Of a stretch of DNA of 57,518 nt, positions 10,262-20,150 are shown in pieces. The notes under the pieces were generated by a model. It was not told the origin of the DNA, did not search any database, and saw nothing but the letters and a program-made list of their open reading frames with translations. The stretch lies in the IMG/VR virus record IMGVR_UViG_3300009502_002970, positions 1 through 57,518 of that record. One strand, 5' to 3'. A program made the translations under genes and the position numbers. Origin of the DNA: a virus (Duplodnaviria; Caudoviricetes). Every line of letters begins with the position of its first letter. Position 1 is the first letter of the stretch.

Positions 10262-10771
10262 TTACGACGGTAATGGTGTAATAACCGGCTTCCATTTATT
10301 CAAATCGCAACTAAGATCAATTGGTGAAACCAGTGCATAGGTGAACATAAATCCGAAGCAATTATCGAAAATCCCATCAACCATTTGATAAGCAACCGAA
10401 TTGACGTTGAATCCTTGTATTGCCTTAATGGCGGCTGGTTCACATTTGTACAAATCATAATTCATACGGGAAATCACGTCAATACCAAGCTTTTTTGTAT
10501 TCTGCAGGATAACCATTTCCCCGATAAAGTCATCAACATGATCGAGATGGTCAATGATGAGAAAACCTCCATGAATATTATCCATAACGTTGTCCAGGTT
10601 GTTTGCTGCCAAAGAACCTTCCAGGGTATTCATGATCAGCGCCGGGAACTTCATGCAACTGCGCATGGCGTTCAGCGGTTCATTGATATCCATCACGTAG
10701 AAATCGTTGATATTCATGTGAAGGTTCGCCAGGTTGCGGAAATATTGGAGATAAGCGCTAACGTCAGTCAT
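10262..10771 (-). CDS. Tail terminator-like structural protein
   Basis: 169 aa, position and size; paralogue 52937-53452. Confidence 0.5.
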   Translation of the reverse strand: MTDVSAYLQYFRNLANLHMNINDFYVMDINEPLNAMRSCMKFPALIMNTLEGSLAANNLDNVMDNIHGGFLIIDHLDHVDDFIGEMVILQNTKKLGIDVISRMNYDLYKCEPAAIKAIQGFNVNSVAYQMVDGIFDNCFGFMFTYALVSPIDLSCDLNKWKPVITPLPS

Positions 10772-11576
10772 TTTCCGGGAATTTTCGTTTCAGTTCATAA
10801 TAATCGATCGACTTTTTCTCCAATCCAAAGAATACGTTGTACAGATTGGAGTTCATAATGCAGTTCAGGCTTGCATCATCGGTTTTTCCATCGGCCAGGG
10901 AGATCACCAGCGACGTCCACCCGCTCAGATCGCTTTTATCGGATCCTCCCGACTGCCTGTAAACATTCGGGAACTTTTCCATCAGGGATGCCTGTATCCC
11001 GGACAGGAACAGGAATACGGAATACTTGGTTGCATGATCTACCCTGCTCATCCGACCGGCGCGTGCCGGCAGGCTCTTGTCTATAAACCGCTGCCTGGGA
11101 TCATTGGATTCTGTAAACCGCTTGCTTATCAACCAGAACCACTTTCGGGGCCGGTAAAGTATTGCGGCCAGTTCGTCCAATGCTCTGGCATCCGGAGCCG
11201 ATGCATACTGCTCATAACGAACCTGGGCTTTTATGAACTCCCCGAAGGTACATTCCGACATGTTATCCGTCGGACCGGTATACCGGGTCCACGGGAACCG
11301 GGGCATTCGGATCGATTTGACAAGGCAACGCGTAAGCGTCACGTCGTTTTGCAGGAATGAAAAGGATTCTGAGAGGAAAATAACATCATCCGGAGCAATC
11401 TTTTTGAACTGCTTTAATCCCAGGGAAAGGAACTTCCGCAGGATGTTAACCTGGAAAGATGCAAGTGTGCCATACTTGCCGAAAATCGAACACACGTAGA
11501 TCAGCTGATCCCGGGTGAGCTCATTCCATCTAGATGGCAAAAACCTCTTCTTATTATCGATCAAAACCTCGACCAT
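10764..11576 (-). CDS. Phage protein (possible tail assembly chaperone)
   Basis: 270 aa, P..WNELT and TFGEF motifs; paralogue 53445-54257. Confidence 0.5.
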   Translation of the reverse strand: MVEVLIDNKKRFLPSRWNELTRDQLIYVCSIFGKYGTLASFQVNILRKFLSLGLKQFKKIAPDDVIFLSESFSFLQNDVTLTRCLVKSIRMPRFPWTRYTGPTDNMSECTFGEFIKAQVRYEQYASAPDARALDELAAILYRPRKWFWLISKRFTESNDPRQRFIDKSLPARAGRMSRVDHATKYSVFLFLSGIQASLMEKFPNVYRQSGGSDKSDLSGWTSLVISLADGKTDDASLNCIMNSNLYNVFFGLEKKSIDYYELKRKFPEND

Positions 11577-11851
11577 AATTGATCAATCAGTATAAAAACA
11601 ACATATAATGCCATTGCCACCTGTGACAGAGTCGGCTTTTTCGTCTTTGGTTTACACGCGATATCCTCCTGCATCGAGCTTTCAGGGTGAAATAATTTGT
11701 GTTCAGTTTTCATGATCATCAGTTCTTGTGTCAGATTTTCAATCCGGGCGATCATTTCTTTAAAATCGGCACGCTGGTTGCGCTGCTGGTAGAGATATGC
11801 TCCATTCAAAAGAGCGATTATCCCAAGGAGTACGGTGTTGTCATTGAGCAT
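11561..11851 (-). CDS. Small membrane protein (holin-like candidate)
   Basis: N-terminal TM helix, coiled coil, C-terminal hydrophobic segment; paralogue 54254-54532. Confidence 0.45.
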   Translation of the reverse strand: MLNDNTVLLGIIALLNGAYLYQQRNQRADFKEMIARIENLTQELMIMKTEHKLFHPESSMQEDIACKPKTKKPTLSQVAMALYVVFILIDQLWSRF

Positions 11852-11865
11852 GTGGATGAGGTTAA

Positions 11866-12924
11866 TTATGCAACAAAAATTGATTTATCACTCGTGTTAA
11901 TGAATTCAGCCCTGGTGACAGCAGTTGCTGGCCCAACGTAGCGGGATGATCCGAAGTATGCAGCATACTTCGTAGCTGAAGCGTTGTTGTCAAGGAACTC
12001 CTGCAGCGCCTTCATATCGGCGTCCCCATCCCTCTGATATGCTGCCTGCATTTCTCCCAGCCGGTTCTGCTGAAGCAGTGTCTTATTCTGAACATTTTTG
12101 AAGGTGTTGTCGGCCAGGTTGAATATCCCCCAGTCAAGCATGTCGATATTGATTTCCACCAGCGCCCTGGCCATGGTCAGATGTACCACGGCCGGCAGGA
12201 TGTAATCCATCAATTCCTTATTCTCATCTGTTAAGGTAGCCGAACTGGCAATTTGCGTATACAGCAGTTCATATAACTCCCTTGATAATGTGGGCATCAG
12301 GTAGCGCTGCTCAATGTTACGCATAAGCGGCATCATGGCCAGGAATACGCGCCTGGAGGCATGGATATCCGCATATACCTGGAATTGCTTTGCGTCTTTG
12401 ACCAGTAATTTTGAATCGTAAAAATCACCAGCCCGTTCATTGAACGTATCGAAGTTATTTTGAATCAATGCCAGGCACAGATCCATCTGCTCATGTGCCC
12501 GGGCAATGTAACGTTCCTTGACATTCATTACCTGGTACTGCGGCGCCGGCCGGTGCGTATCGCTCTGGATCACCGTCACACCCGTTCCTGATAGATTCAC
12601 CGACAATTCATCCACACTCAGGTACAAGGCGTACAATGATTCTGCCTTAATCACCAGGTGAATCAGTTTCCACCAGTTTAGTTCATCTAAAATCTCACGA
12701 GTAACTAGCGGCGTTTCGTCCTTCGATGGGATCTCTTCAGTTAATGTTGGATCGTCGTCCGTATTTAACCTATAAAAAAGGCTATTCATCATTGGTGTCG
12801 GGAACATCGGCATAATAAAGATGTTATGCGCATCGTCCACGAAAGGCTGCAGTAATTCAAACTTGAGCGTGACCGGCACCGGAGCTGCAGTGGCTATATG
12901 GTCAATGGATGTGACTAAGTTCAT
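11866..12924 (-). CDS. DUF6712-like protein (probable head-tail adaptor)
   Basis: Directly after portal; PAPQYQ and DIH.SRRVFL motifs; paralogue 54544-55599. Confidence 0.65.
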   Translation of the reverse strand: MNLVTSIDHIATAAPVPVTLKFELLQPFVDDAHNIFIMPMFPTPMMNSLFYRLNTDDDPTLTEEIPSKDETPLVTREILDELNWWKLIHLVIKAESLYALYLSVDELSVNLSGTGVTVIQSDTHRPAPQYQVMNVKERYIARAHEQMDLCLALIQNNFDTFNERAGDFYDSKLLVKDAKQFQVYADIHASRRVFLAMMPLMRNIEQRYLMPTLSRELYELLYTQIASSATLTDENKELMDYILPAVVHLTMARALVEINIDMLDWGIFNLADNTFKNVQNKTLLQQNRLGEMQAAYQRDGDADMKALQEFLDNNASATKYAAYFGSSRYVGPATAVTRAEFINTSDKSIFVA

Positions 12925-14249
12925 GGCTGTGTTTTATCAACTTTTTGATTGATTTTTGAGGGATGCTGATCCTGTGTCTGCGAGGTATCAACGCAGATAT
13001 AATCAAATTGGATGGTGGGATCCCAGTGATTGAAATCTCGGATGAAATACAGTGGCGAAAGTGATACGGCCCGGTCTGTTCCCATATCCGCGTTAAGCAT
13101 CCAGTATGCCTCACGTTTGTCAGATCCTGACCCGGCTCCCATTTTCCCTCCCGGGAGACCGGCACCTATCAGGCAGGGATCAACACCGATAGCAAACAGG
13201 ATCTCCGAGTTCGCCGCCTGTGAATCGGGAAGGTATGCCGAGTTCTCCAGCTTGTTTTCAATCACATTGATCTTCCACCCTGTTAAATAATCCTGTTTGG
13301 CTTTGCTATAGAACGCGTAAGTGACCAGGGCTTTTCCAGAATTCTCCACGTTAGCCAGGAAGTCATTCATATCCTGCAATACTTCCGCCCGTTTTGCCTC
13401 CCGCTGTTCCTTGGTATAGTCCGCAGGGGGGAAACGGGTGGTAAAATAATCATCCGGGATCTCAATGTGATACTTGATGGTCATCTGGTTCTTCATGATG
13501 GCTTCCTTAAGCATCGGAACCTTATTGGCGATGCTCAGCCACTTGTTCGCACGAACGGAGTGCCACACGGGAAGCGCGTAGTAACTTTTGTTGAAAGAAC
13601 GGTAAGAGAGCTGCATGGCAAACTGTCCATCCGGATACTTCGTGCCATCATACCTGGAGGAATCGAACATCGGCAGGTCCTTCATGTATGTACCATCATC
13701 CTGGGGCATCATTTCCCACCGGGCCGAATAGTACATGAAATCTATCTTGTCATTCTCATCCATCTTAGCCACGCGGCAATAGGCAGGATCCTTAACATAT
13801 ATCCTGTTTACCTGCGTTTTTCCCTTATTTAGGATAAATTCCACCCATCCGTTGGCAAAAATCTCCAGGCCCAGGATCAGATCCGGCCACTGCAGGTTGA
13901 TTTTGTTAACGCGAAAGAACTCCGTAACCACAGGATCAGTTACGATTTCCCTGGTAACCTCGCCTGCGGCGTCCTTTTTTTCACGGTAAGCGACGATTCC
14001 CCGCCCAAAATGAACCCTCTTGCGCTTGTCAAGTGCCCGCATGGCCACCGAATTCGATTCCAAATCAGTCAGCAGATCCTGCGGAAACAAATTGTTTGAT
14101 CCCCAGTTTGACCATAAATTGGGAGAAACATCATACGGCGGGGTGATAATTGGACCTGCATAGTCTGCAGAAGATCCTTTCATCTGCGCGATAGCCTTTG
14201 CCCCGGGCAATATGGCATAATCTCCCTGTACAATTACTCTGTTTTCCAT
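12921..14249 (-). CDS. Portal protein
   Basis: 442 aa; WGSNNLFPQ, YYALP.W, L..VENSGK and GSGSDKREA motifs typical of Bacteroidota phage portals. Confidence 0.8.
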   Translation of the reverse strand: MENRVIVQGDYAILPGAKAIAQMKGSSADYAGPIITPPYDVSPNLWSNWGSNNLFPQDLLTDLESNSVAMRALDKRKRVHFGRGIVAYREKKDAAGEVTREIVTDPVVTEFFRVNKINLQWPDLILGLEIFANGWVEFILNKGKTQVNRIYVKDPAYCRVAKMDENDKIDFMYYSARWEMMPQDDGTYMKDLPMFDSSRYDGTKYPDGQFAMQLSYRSFNKSYYALPVWHSVRANKWLSIANKVPMLKEAIMKNQMTIKYHIEIPDDYFTTRFPPADYTKEQREAKRAEVLQDMNDFLANVENSGKALVTYAFYSKAKQDYLTGWKINVIENKLENSAYLPDSQAANSEILFAIGVDPCLIGAGLPGGKMGAGSGSDKREAYWMLNADMGTDRAVSLSPLYFIRDFNHWDPTIQFDYICVDTSQTQDQHPSKINQKVDKTQP

Positions 14250-14590
14250 CAGAACACGACTTTTTGGTGATTAAATTCAATGATCAGGCGGATATGGATG
14301 GTCCTGATCTGTTTGTTAGGCAACAGGATGTTCCTTGTAGCATTCGCCCAGTGATGAGGATCACGTTTCTCTTTCACGGTCGTTTTCTTTTCCCTGGTAT
14401 CAAACACTACCTCATCATTGCGGGATCCCACGCATTTACGTGCACTGGGCACCTCTATGATTTCACCGCCTGTTTTACGCTGGCGGTCAGCCGTGACGAA
14501 CTTTAACTGAAAACTCATGGGCACGCCATTCTCATCGAGTTCGTCCATCATGTCGAGCGCTGTGCTGAGCTGTATGATCTTTCCTGCCAT
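14249..14590 (-). CDS. Conserved small phage protein upstream of portal
   Basis: DPHHWANATRNI and IRT.HIRLIIEFN conserved in 56930-57274. Confidence 0.7.
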   Translation of the reverse strand: MAGKIIQLSTALDMMDELDENGVPMSFQLKFVTADRQRKTGGEIIEVPSARKCVGSRNDEVVFDTREKKTTVKEKRDPHHWANATRNILLPNKQIRTIHIRLIIEFNHQKVVF

Positions 14591-14630
14591 GGTGCAATTA
14601 TAATCCGGACCATGCTCTTGTTAAAGGACA
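14591..14630 (-). promoter_or_regulatory. Putative late promoter TGTCCTTT-N20-TATAATTG, leaderless
   Basis: Motif starts exactly 40 nt before ATG 14590. Confidence 0.75.
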
Positions 14631-14647
14631 ATTGTAATCTACACCCG

Positions 14648-14731
14648 ATCTTGCCCATCTTGCCCGGGATATTGCCCATCTTGCCCAAAATCTTCCATTT
14701 CTTCCATGAAATCTTCCATTTCTTCCATTTA
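14648..14731. repeat. Four tandem 21-nt units, each two 9-mers plus 3 nt
   Basis: atcttgcccatcttgcccggg / atattgcccatcttgcccaaa / atcttccatttcttccatgaa / atcttccatttcttccattta. Confidence 0.85.
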
Positions 14732-14737
14732 CGACAT

Positions 14738-14768
14738 AAAAAAAAGGTTCGCCCACCAGGGCGAACCT
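14738..14768 (-). terminator. Rho-independent terminator
   Basis: AGGTTCGCCC/GGGCGAACCT stem followed by T8 on - strand, downstream of 14791-15228. Confidence 0.85.
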
Positions 14769-14790
14769 CTAAGGAACGAAGGATCGAAGA

Positions 14791-15228
14791 TCAGAAGTTT
14801 ATTTCATTCTCTACTTCCAGTATGCTGGCGTCGAAGGCGGTCTTGAGGAACTCAATGACTTTCTTCACACCTGCAGTGAAGCTGGTGGTGAAAACATTGC
14901 CATCAGAGTCATTCAGTCGCATGGAACAGTTGAAATCGTTCGATGAAACCCTGAATCGTTCCAGTTCTGACCTGGTTTGTACCAGTTTTGCCCGTTTTTC
15001 GATCAATAATTCAAGATTTTCGATCAGTTCGATCTTTTCCTGCATGGTCATAACTTTCTTTGGAAGTTCGACCGAGGCAGCCTGATCAGCCTCCATCGCT
15101 TCCATCTGCTGGATGAATGAAGTTTCAATTTCAGTGGCCTGGATAATTTCAGCGACTTCAACTGCATGCGAATTTGTGCGTGACTTTGTCATGAGTGTCG
15201 CCCCTGCCCTGGGGACTTTTGTAGGCAT
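14791..15228 (-). CDS. Hypothetical coiled-coil protein
   Basis: 145 aa; C-terminus (RLNDSDGNVFTTSFT) conserved in partial ORF 57390-57518. Confidence 0.75.
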   Translation of the reverse strand: MPTKVPRAGATLMTKSRTNSHAVEVAEIIQATEIETSFIQQMEAMEADQAASVELPKKVMTMQEKIELIENLELLIEKRAKLVQTRSELERFRVSSNDFNCSMRLNDSDGNVFTTSFTAGVKKVIEFLKTAFDASILEVENEINF

Positions 15229-15244
15229 CTGGCACAGCCTGGTT

Positions 15245-15404
15245 AAAATTTATGCCAGAGAAACAATCGGAATGAAAATTCTGGAACAAACGTTCAGGTC
15301 ATGATCATGCAGTGATCTGAATGAACCCGAAGGGCGACGGATCCATCAGGAGGGCGCGTTTAGTGACACGATATTTTCGTGAGATTACCTTTGCATCAAA
15401 TTTT
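15245..15404 (+). promoter_or_regulatory. Long imperfect hairpin 1 (candidate ssDNA promoter / structured element)
   Basis: Arms aaaatttatgc..aatc and gatt..gcatcaaatttt; TACCTTTG at 15386-15393; core GTTCA-GGTC-GATCAT/GTGATC-TGAA-TGAAC-CCgaaGGG. Confidence 0.65.
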
Positions 15405-15559
15405 GAGTAATTGTGCGTTGGCTTTTGCTTGCTTTTCATAAAAGCTGCCCGTAAACCGGTTTTCTTTTTGGATGTCTTTTTCTTTGCCGGATTGGTCCCA
15501 AAGAAAAAGTCCCGACTCCGAACATCCGGAACCGAGACTTAACCTGGAAATAAATTAAG

Positions 15560-16180
15560 CTATAGCTTAATAACCATCCCTGCAGGTGTTAACTGCACTC
15601 TCTTATGCTGAAGAACTATACCGCTTTTCCTTATGTCATTGCCGCCAGAAATAAGATTAACGATCGATATTATTCCAAATAACCCGGCAGCGCCGCCAAC
15701 AGCATAAATTGAATTCCTCTGCGCATCTACATCTTTTATTAACTGTGGGATTAATGCCGTTGAAGTTGTAAGAAGTACTGAAATGCAGCCATAAATACCG
15801 GCATTCCTCAAGTCTTCCCCTCCCATCCTCATTAATTCACCGGATATTTCATCATCAGTCATGCCAGATTTAAATCCTGTTATTATTTTGCCATAATCAT
15901 TTTTATACTGCCACTCTTGATTCTTATTAAGGTTGGTTTTTGGTAAACTTTGGCCATTTGTACCATCACCTCTGCCGGCCATTTTCATAAACTTTATCGA
16001 ATCATTATTTACAGTCCTTATTGTCGAGTCGGGCGGAACGGTATAAATAATATTTATTCTATCCCGATTAATGATATTTACATTCATTATTTTGCCGGAA
16101 TTCATAATAATTGTATCCTGTGACTGTACGGAAACTGTCATTAACAAGATGATTGAGATAAAAAGAAAAGTAGTTTTCAT
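15560..16180 (-). CDS. Secreted/membrane hypothetical protein (moron-like)
   Basis: Signal peptide ..VSVQS-QDTI, two C-terminal TM helices, AT-rich. Confidence 0.7.
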   Translation of the reverse strand: MKTTFLFISIILLMTVSVQSQDTIIMNSGKIMNVNIINRDRINIIYTVPPDSTIRTVNNDSIKFMKMAGRGDGTNGQSLPKTNLNKNQEWQYKNDYGKIITGFKSGMTDDEISGELMRMGGEDLRNAGIYGCISVLLTTSTALIPQLIKDVDAQRNSIYAVGGAAGLFGIISIVNLISGGNDIRKSGIVLQHKRVQLTPAGMVIKL

Positions 16181-16264
16181 GGCTTTATTTTTGTGCAATT
16201 TATAATAATTTTCTCAATTGTGAAAAATAGCGCCCGGATAGTATGCCCCGGGCGCATTAAATGA

Positions 16265-16600
16265 TCACGCCTCAATGGATAACGGCGGATCAGATGGCAA
16301 CTTTACCTCTTCCCTGGATAAAGCGTTTAACAAGCTTTCGTACACCGGTTCCAGGTCTTCAATCAGTTCGCTGATCTCCTTGTACAGGAAACACAGATCA
16401 GCGCGGTATTCGGGTGTCCACTGTTCCGACTCGTCAGAACTCATGGCCACCACAAACAACTGTCGCAGGTACCGGTTAGCAAATTTGGATTTCGTGATTA
16501 AAAAGAAACTGTCCAGGATATCGAGTATCGATTGTTCTACCGGACTGCCACAAAGGGCGCATGTGGTTGCATTCTCGTCATTTGATCTTTGCATAATCAT
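16265..16600 (-). CDS. Hypothetical protein with CxxC; paralogue of 34597-34875
   Basis: RQLFVVAMSSDESEQWTPEYRA vs RQMFVAAISAEESAVWTQEHRA. Confidence 0.65.
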   Translation of the reverse strand: MIMQRSNDENATTCALCGSPVEQSILDILDSFFLITKSKFANRYLRQLFVVAMSSDESEQWTPEYRADLCFLYKEISELIEDLEPVYESLLNALSREEVKLPSDPPLSIEA

Positions 16601-16696
16601 GAATTTAATTGTTAAAAAATCAGGGAAGGTCGCTGCAGACATAACAAACTTTTGGTTAATTGGTACACTCACAGTGAAATTTATTTTTGGTACCTA

Positions 16697-17242
16697 TCAA
16701 ATATTTGCAATTTTCGATAACCTTTCAGCTCTTAAAGTATCCAAAAATACTCGCCATATTTCATCCCAGAACAGCAAAAACAGCGGAGAAATTCCATAAC
16801 AGATAGGGGGATCATAATTAAACGTTTGCATGAGTGCCGGGCAATATCTTTCCAGGTTATTAAAAAAATCATGTTCCTGTATACGGAAAGGATATTCAAG
16901 CTCTGTCCAGATCACCCTGGCTGTATTGACATGAGTGCTTCCTGATCTTACACTGCATACAACTTCACGTTTGATGGTCTGGATCGTGCGTTCCATATCC
17001 AGCGTGTGGGCGCATCCAAATTTTCTGGCAACATAGTGCTTGTCCAATCCTTCAAGAAACTGTTTAAATGGTTCGCCACAGGCTCCCCAGTAGTAGGACC
17101 AGTTGCCATAATCCGAGGCTATTGATAACCTACCACTTTTCCCATGCGTATCCACGTTGATGTCGGCCCATGGAGTTGCAGAAGAATGCCTTATCTTGTA
17201 GCATTCGATATTATTTTTTGTGATAATAAAGTCTTTTTTCAT
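16697..17242 (-). CDS. Hypothetical phage accessory protein
   Basis: 181 aa ORF with I.SDYGNWSYYW motif, A-rich upstream region. Confidence 0.65.
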   Translation of the reverse strand: MKKDFIITKNNIECYKIRHSSATPWADINVDTHGKSGRLSIASDYGNWSYYWGACGEPFKQFLEGLDKHYVARKFGCAHTLDMERTIQTIKREVVCSVRSGSTHVNTARVIWTELEYPFRIQEHDFFNNLERYCPALMQTFNYDPPICYGISPLFLLFWDEIWRVFLDTLRAERLSKIANI

Positions 17243-17262
17243 TGTTGCGTTTTATTAATTTA

Positions 17263-17301
17263 TCTGACCAACCCTCATGCTGAGCCTGAGGGTTGGTCAG
17301 A
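17263..17301. terminator. Perfect inverted repeat (terminator/stability hairpin)
   Basis: tctgaccaaccctca / tgagggttggtcaga 15-bp stem between two co-directional genes. Confidence 0.6.
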
Positions 17302-17310
17302 AATTTCAAA

Positions 17311-17856
17311 TTATCCCCCGAATTCTTCCTGGTTCCTGAACAGATCAAGCTGGTTTCGGTTGTTTTTGCCCCGGCTGTATGCTGCCTGGCGCTCCTCCAG
17401 TTCAAGACGTTCGATTTCGAAGTACCGTTCATCCTTCAGCAGTTCGGCCCTCAGCTCTTCGATACGGTTCTTTCTGGCGGCACTCTGGCGAAGGCTTTCT
17501 TCAGTTTTGCGCAGCCGGCCGAATAACAGATCGTCGATAGTCGAATAAACCCAAAGTTCGAATGCCGGGCTTAACCATGCGGCAAATTTCAGAGCAAGAA
17601 TACGGTGCATCCAGGTGCCGGATTTCTGTGAAGAAATAATTAAATCATCCTCGGATTTTATGTTTAAATAACGCTGATTAGCGTTATTTAAACATTCTGC
17701 GATGAACAATTTCGACTCTTCAATGCGGGTAAAATTTTCCACACGTTTGTCAAAAATCTTCGCCATCTGTGTGGCATTGATCATTAAATTATGATTTCCC
17801 TGTTCAAAATCGACTTCCAATCCGTTGAACTCAAATTTCACGATGTTTTTTTTCAT
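17311..17856 (-). CDS. KilA-N domain DNA-binding protein
   Basis: MINATQMAKIF and GTWMHRILALKFAAWLSPAFELWVY, plus C-terminal coiled coil. Confidence 0.9.
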   Translation of the reverse strand: MKKNIVKFEFNGLEVDFEQGNHNLMINATQMAKIFDKRVENFTRIEESKLFIAECLNNANQRYLNIKSEDDLIISSQKSGTWMHRILALKFAAWLSPAFELWVYSTIDDLLFGRLRKTEESLRQSAARKNRIEELRAELLKDERYFEIERLELEERQAAYSRGKNNRNQLDLFRNQEEFGG

Positions 17857-17947
17857 TGTTTTACTGTTTTTGTGTTGGGTTAGTATAATTGATTGATTAA
17901 AAAAGGTTGAATAAGGGGATATCCCCCTATTCAACCTGACTTCCTTC

Positions 17948-19657
17948 CTATTTCTTCTTGTTTTTCTTCGCATTCAATTCCCCTTCCAGCTCCAGGATAC
18001 GCATCTTGATGGTGTGGTTGCGTTTGGCATAACTGGCATTAATCTTATCGGTAATGGCCGCCATCTCATCCGCGTAAAAAAACGTGATCACGCTAAACAG
18101 AAGCATTACCTTATCCTTGTTGCTATTCGGATCCGTCTCCTGCAGTTTATACCTGAGCCAATACCTGAACTTTACGATATCCTCATCATGGGGAATGATC
18201 ATGGGAGTGGTTGATTTGCACACGCACTGCTTATCCGTGTACGTATGTCTGTGCGAATCATACATCAGGAACATGAAAGCCCTGGTCTCACTATTTGTGA
18301 TCAAACAACCCGACTTATGATAGTTCGACTTGCGAAACATCTCATAAGCCTGGTTATATGTTTTCTCAAATGCCAGTTCTTCATTACGTTTGAGTTTCTC
18401 GCGCAGCTGCTCCAATTCCTTTGCCTTGTCCAAACCTGCCGGTGTCATGTCAGCGGAAATATCCCGTGACCCAGTGGGCATATAGTGTACGATTTCTCCC
18501 CTGTTATGGCCGGCCACCATCAGCACCTTGACAACGTTTCCTGCTGCAATATCAGCGTTGTATGTTTCAAGTTCGGCCTCGTAATCGGCCATTTCCACAT
18601 AATAGTTGTCAATATCATCCGAAAATTCCTCATCATCGTCAACTTCAGTGTAGTCTTCCCTTTCTGGTTTTTCAGGCATCTGCGGCGGATTTATCCTCTT
18701 GAATCCCGTATCGTACGAGAATTCATTGACCAGTATATTATCAGCCTTGATCTTCTTGATGATTTCCTTGTCATTTTCCGGGATATAGGTATCCACGCCG
18801 ATAGCAATTCCCGGTTCATTGTCTGTGATCCTTTTAACTTCCTTCAGCAGGAACGCTTCTTTTTTCTTCTTTAGGCATGACACGTTCATGCAGATCCCTT
18901 CACCTTCCAGGGGAAACAGGCCGTATCCGGAATTAGTGTTGTCCGGGCATGAATTGCATGCCGGTCTTCCCGGGAGCAAGGTGTCATCATACAGCCCGAA
19001 GGATATTTCAGCAAGCTTGGCCGAATACATTCGCTCGATCCAGTTCTTCAGCTGTGATATTGAAGGAGGATCCCAGTGATTTGATTCGTGATTTTTAAAC
19101 GCAAAATCGTACAGTTCTTCCTGTCCTGGTTGTGAAAGCTTTGCAACCTCCAGTATGGTTGTCATGTTGATCCGATCGGATACCCACAACAGTTTGAATG
19201 GTGCGGTAAGATCATTCAGCTTCAACCGCATCCGGATATATCCTTGAGATTTGCCGAACTTGAGCGCCAGGTCAGCGATAGTATGGTGCCCTTCCCGGAT
19301 CAGGTTGATATATGCGTGCGCTTCTTCCAGCGGATGGATGTCTTCCCGCTGCAGGTTCTCGGTGATGGTCAGTTCCATCACCTCATCATCGGATAGATCA
19401 CGGCAGATACATGGCACCTCAGTCATTCCGGCAATGGCAGCTGCTTTCATCCTGCGTTCGCCGCAGACAACCTGGTATTTGAGTTTCTTGTTTGTACCAT
19501 GCACGCGCACGATCAGCGGGGAAAGGATCCCGACTTCTTTAATGGAAGCGGCCAGCTCTTCCAGGTTCTCTTTCACGAAGCTTTGCCTGGGATTTATCCC
19601 ACTGGCTGCAAGATCCTTCAGCGGGATCATGGTAATTGTTGGTGATTCTGTTTTCAT
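17948..19657 (-). CDS. ParB/RepB/Spo0J family protein (long form)
   Basis: NPRQSF..LEELAASI..G..PL.VR, GERR, ENLQREDIHPLEEA, HTH, CxxC cluster, acidic tract. Confidence 0.9.
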   Translation of the reverse strand: MKTESPTITMIPLKDLAASGINPRQSFVKENLEELAASIKEVGILSPLIVRVHGTNKKLKYQVVCGERRMKAAAIAGMTEVPCICRDLSDDEVMELTITENLQREDIHPLEEAHAYINLIREGHHTIADLALKFGKSQGYIRMRLKLNDLTAPFKLLWVSDRINMTTILEVAKLSQPGQEELYDFAFKNHESNHWDPPSISQLKNWIERMYSAKLAEISFGLYDDTLLPGRPACNSCPDNTNSGYGLFPLEGEGICMNVSCLKKKKEAFLLKEVKRITDNEPGIAIGVDTYIPENDKEIIKKIKADNILVNEFSYDTGFKRINPPQMPEKPEREDYTEVDDDEEFSDDIDNYYVEMADYEAELETYNADIAAGNVVKVLMVAGHNRGEIVHYMPTGSRDISADMTPAGLDKAKELEQLREKLKRNEELAFEKTYNQAYEMFRKSNYHKSGCLITNSETRAFMFLMYDSHRHTYTDKQCVCKSTTPMIIPHDEDIVKFRYWLRYKLQETDPNSNKDKVMLLFSVITFFYADEMAAITDKINASYAKRNHTIKMRILELEGELNAKKNKKK

Positions 19658-19751
19658 TTTGTTGGGTTTGGGTTAGTAAAAGTATTTGTTGCAAAAAATA
19701 CAATTCGATACAGCCGCCATATGGCGGCTGTATACTCATTAACAGAAATTA

Positions 19752-19982
19752 TTATTCAAACATTATTTTATCAATGATGTCGGATGTAGTATATCCAAGT
19801 TTGACATTATATTTTGTTTCAATTTTCTTGATCATTTCGCTGCATTTATTCCGTATTTCATCACCAATCTTTTGTTTATCCTTTTCGCTTATATCAGATT
19901 CCTCGAAAGCAAACGAATCAAATTGTTCACCGGATTTTGCAATTAGTGCCGTTGCTATATCTTTTGCCATTTCCTTTGTCAT
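19752..19982 (-). CDS. Small hypothetical protein
   Basis: 76 aa AT-rich ORF flanked by hairpins at 19708-19733 and 20021-20046. Confidence 0.55.
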   Translation of the reverse strand: MTKEMAKDIATALIAKSGEQFDSFAFEESDISEKDKQKIGDEIRNKCSEMIKKIETKYNVKLGYTTSDIIDKIMFE

Positions 19983-20150
19983 AACCCTGATTTTTTAAAA
20001 TTGAACTTCTGTTAATTGCCGCTAACCGCCATACACGGCGGTTAGCCCTGTGCATTAGGGGCAATAGAGGATGATGACTTTCACCATCCTATGCCCCGTA
20101 ATTTTACAACCTTACAAGCCTTGCCTTTAAGCATTCGTTGTAGGTGCCAT

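Noticed and set aside
14648-14731. Possible CRISPR array
   Set aside because: Units abut with no unique spacers, are too short, and no cas genes are present
15292-15335. Hammerhead or other self-cleaving ribozyme
   Set aside because: Has CTGAAT rather than the CUGAnGA plus GAAA core; does not fit twister, pistol or HDV consensus as I know them
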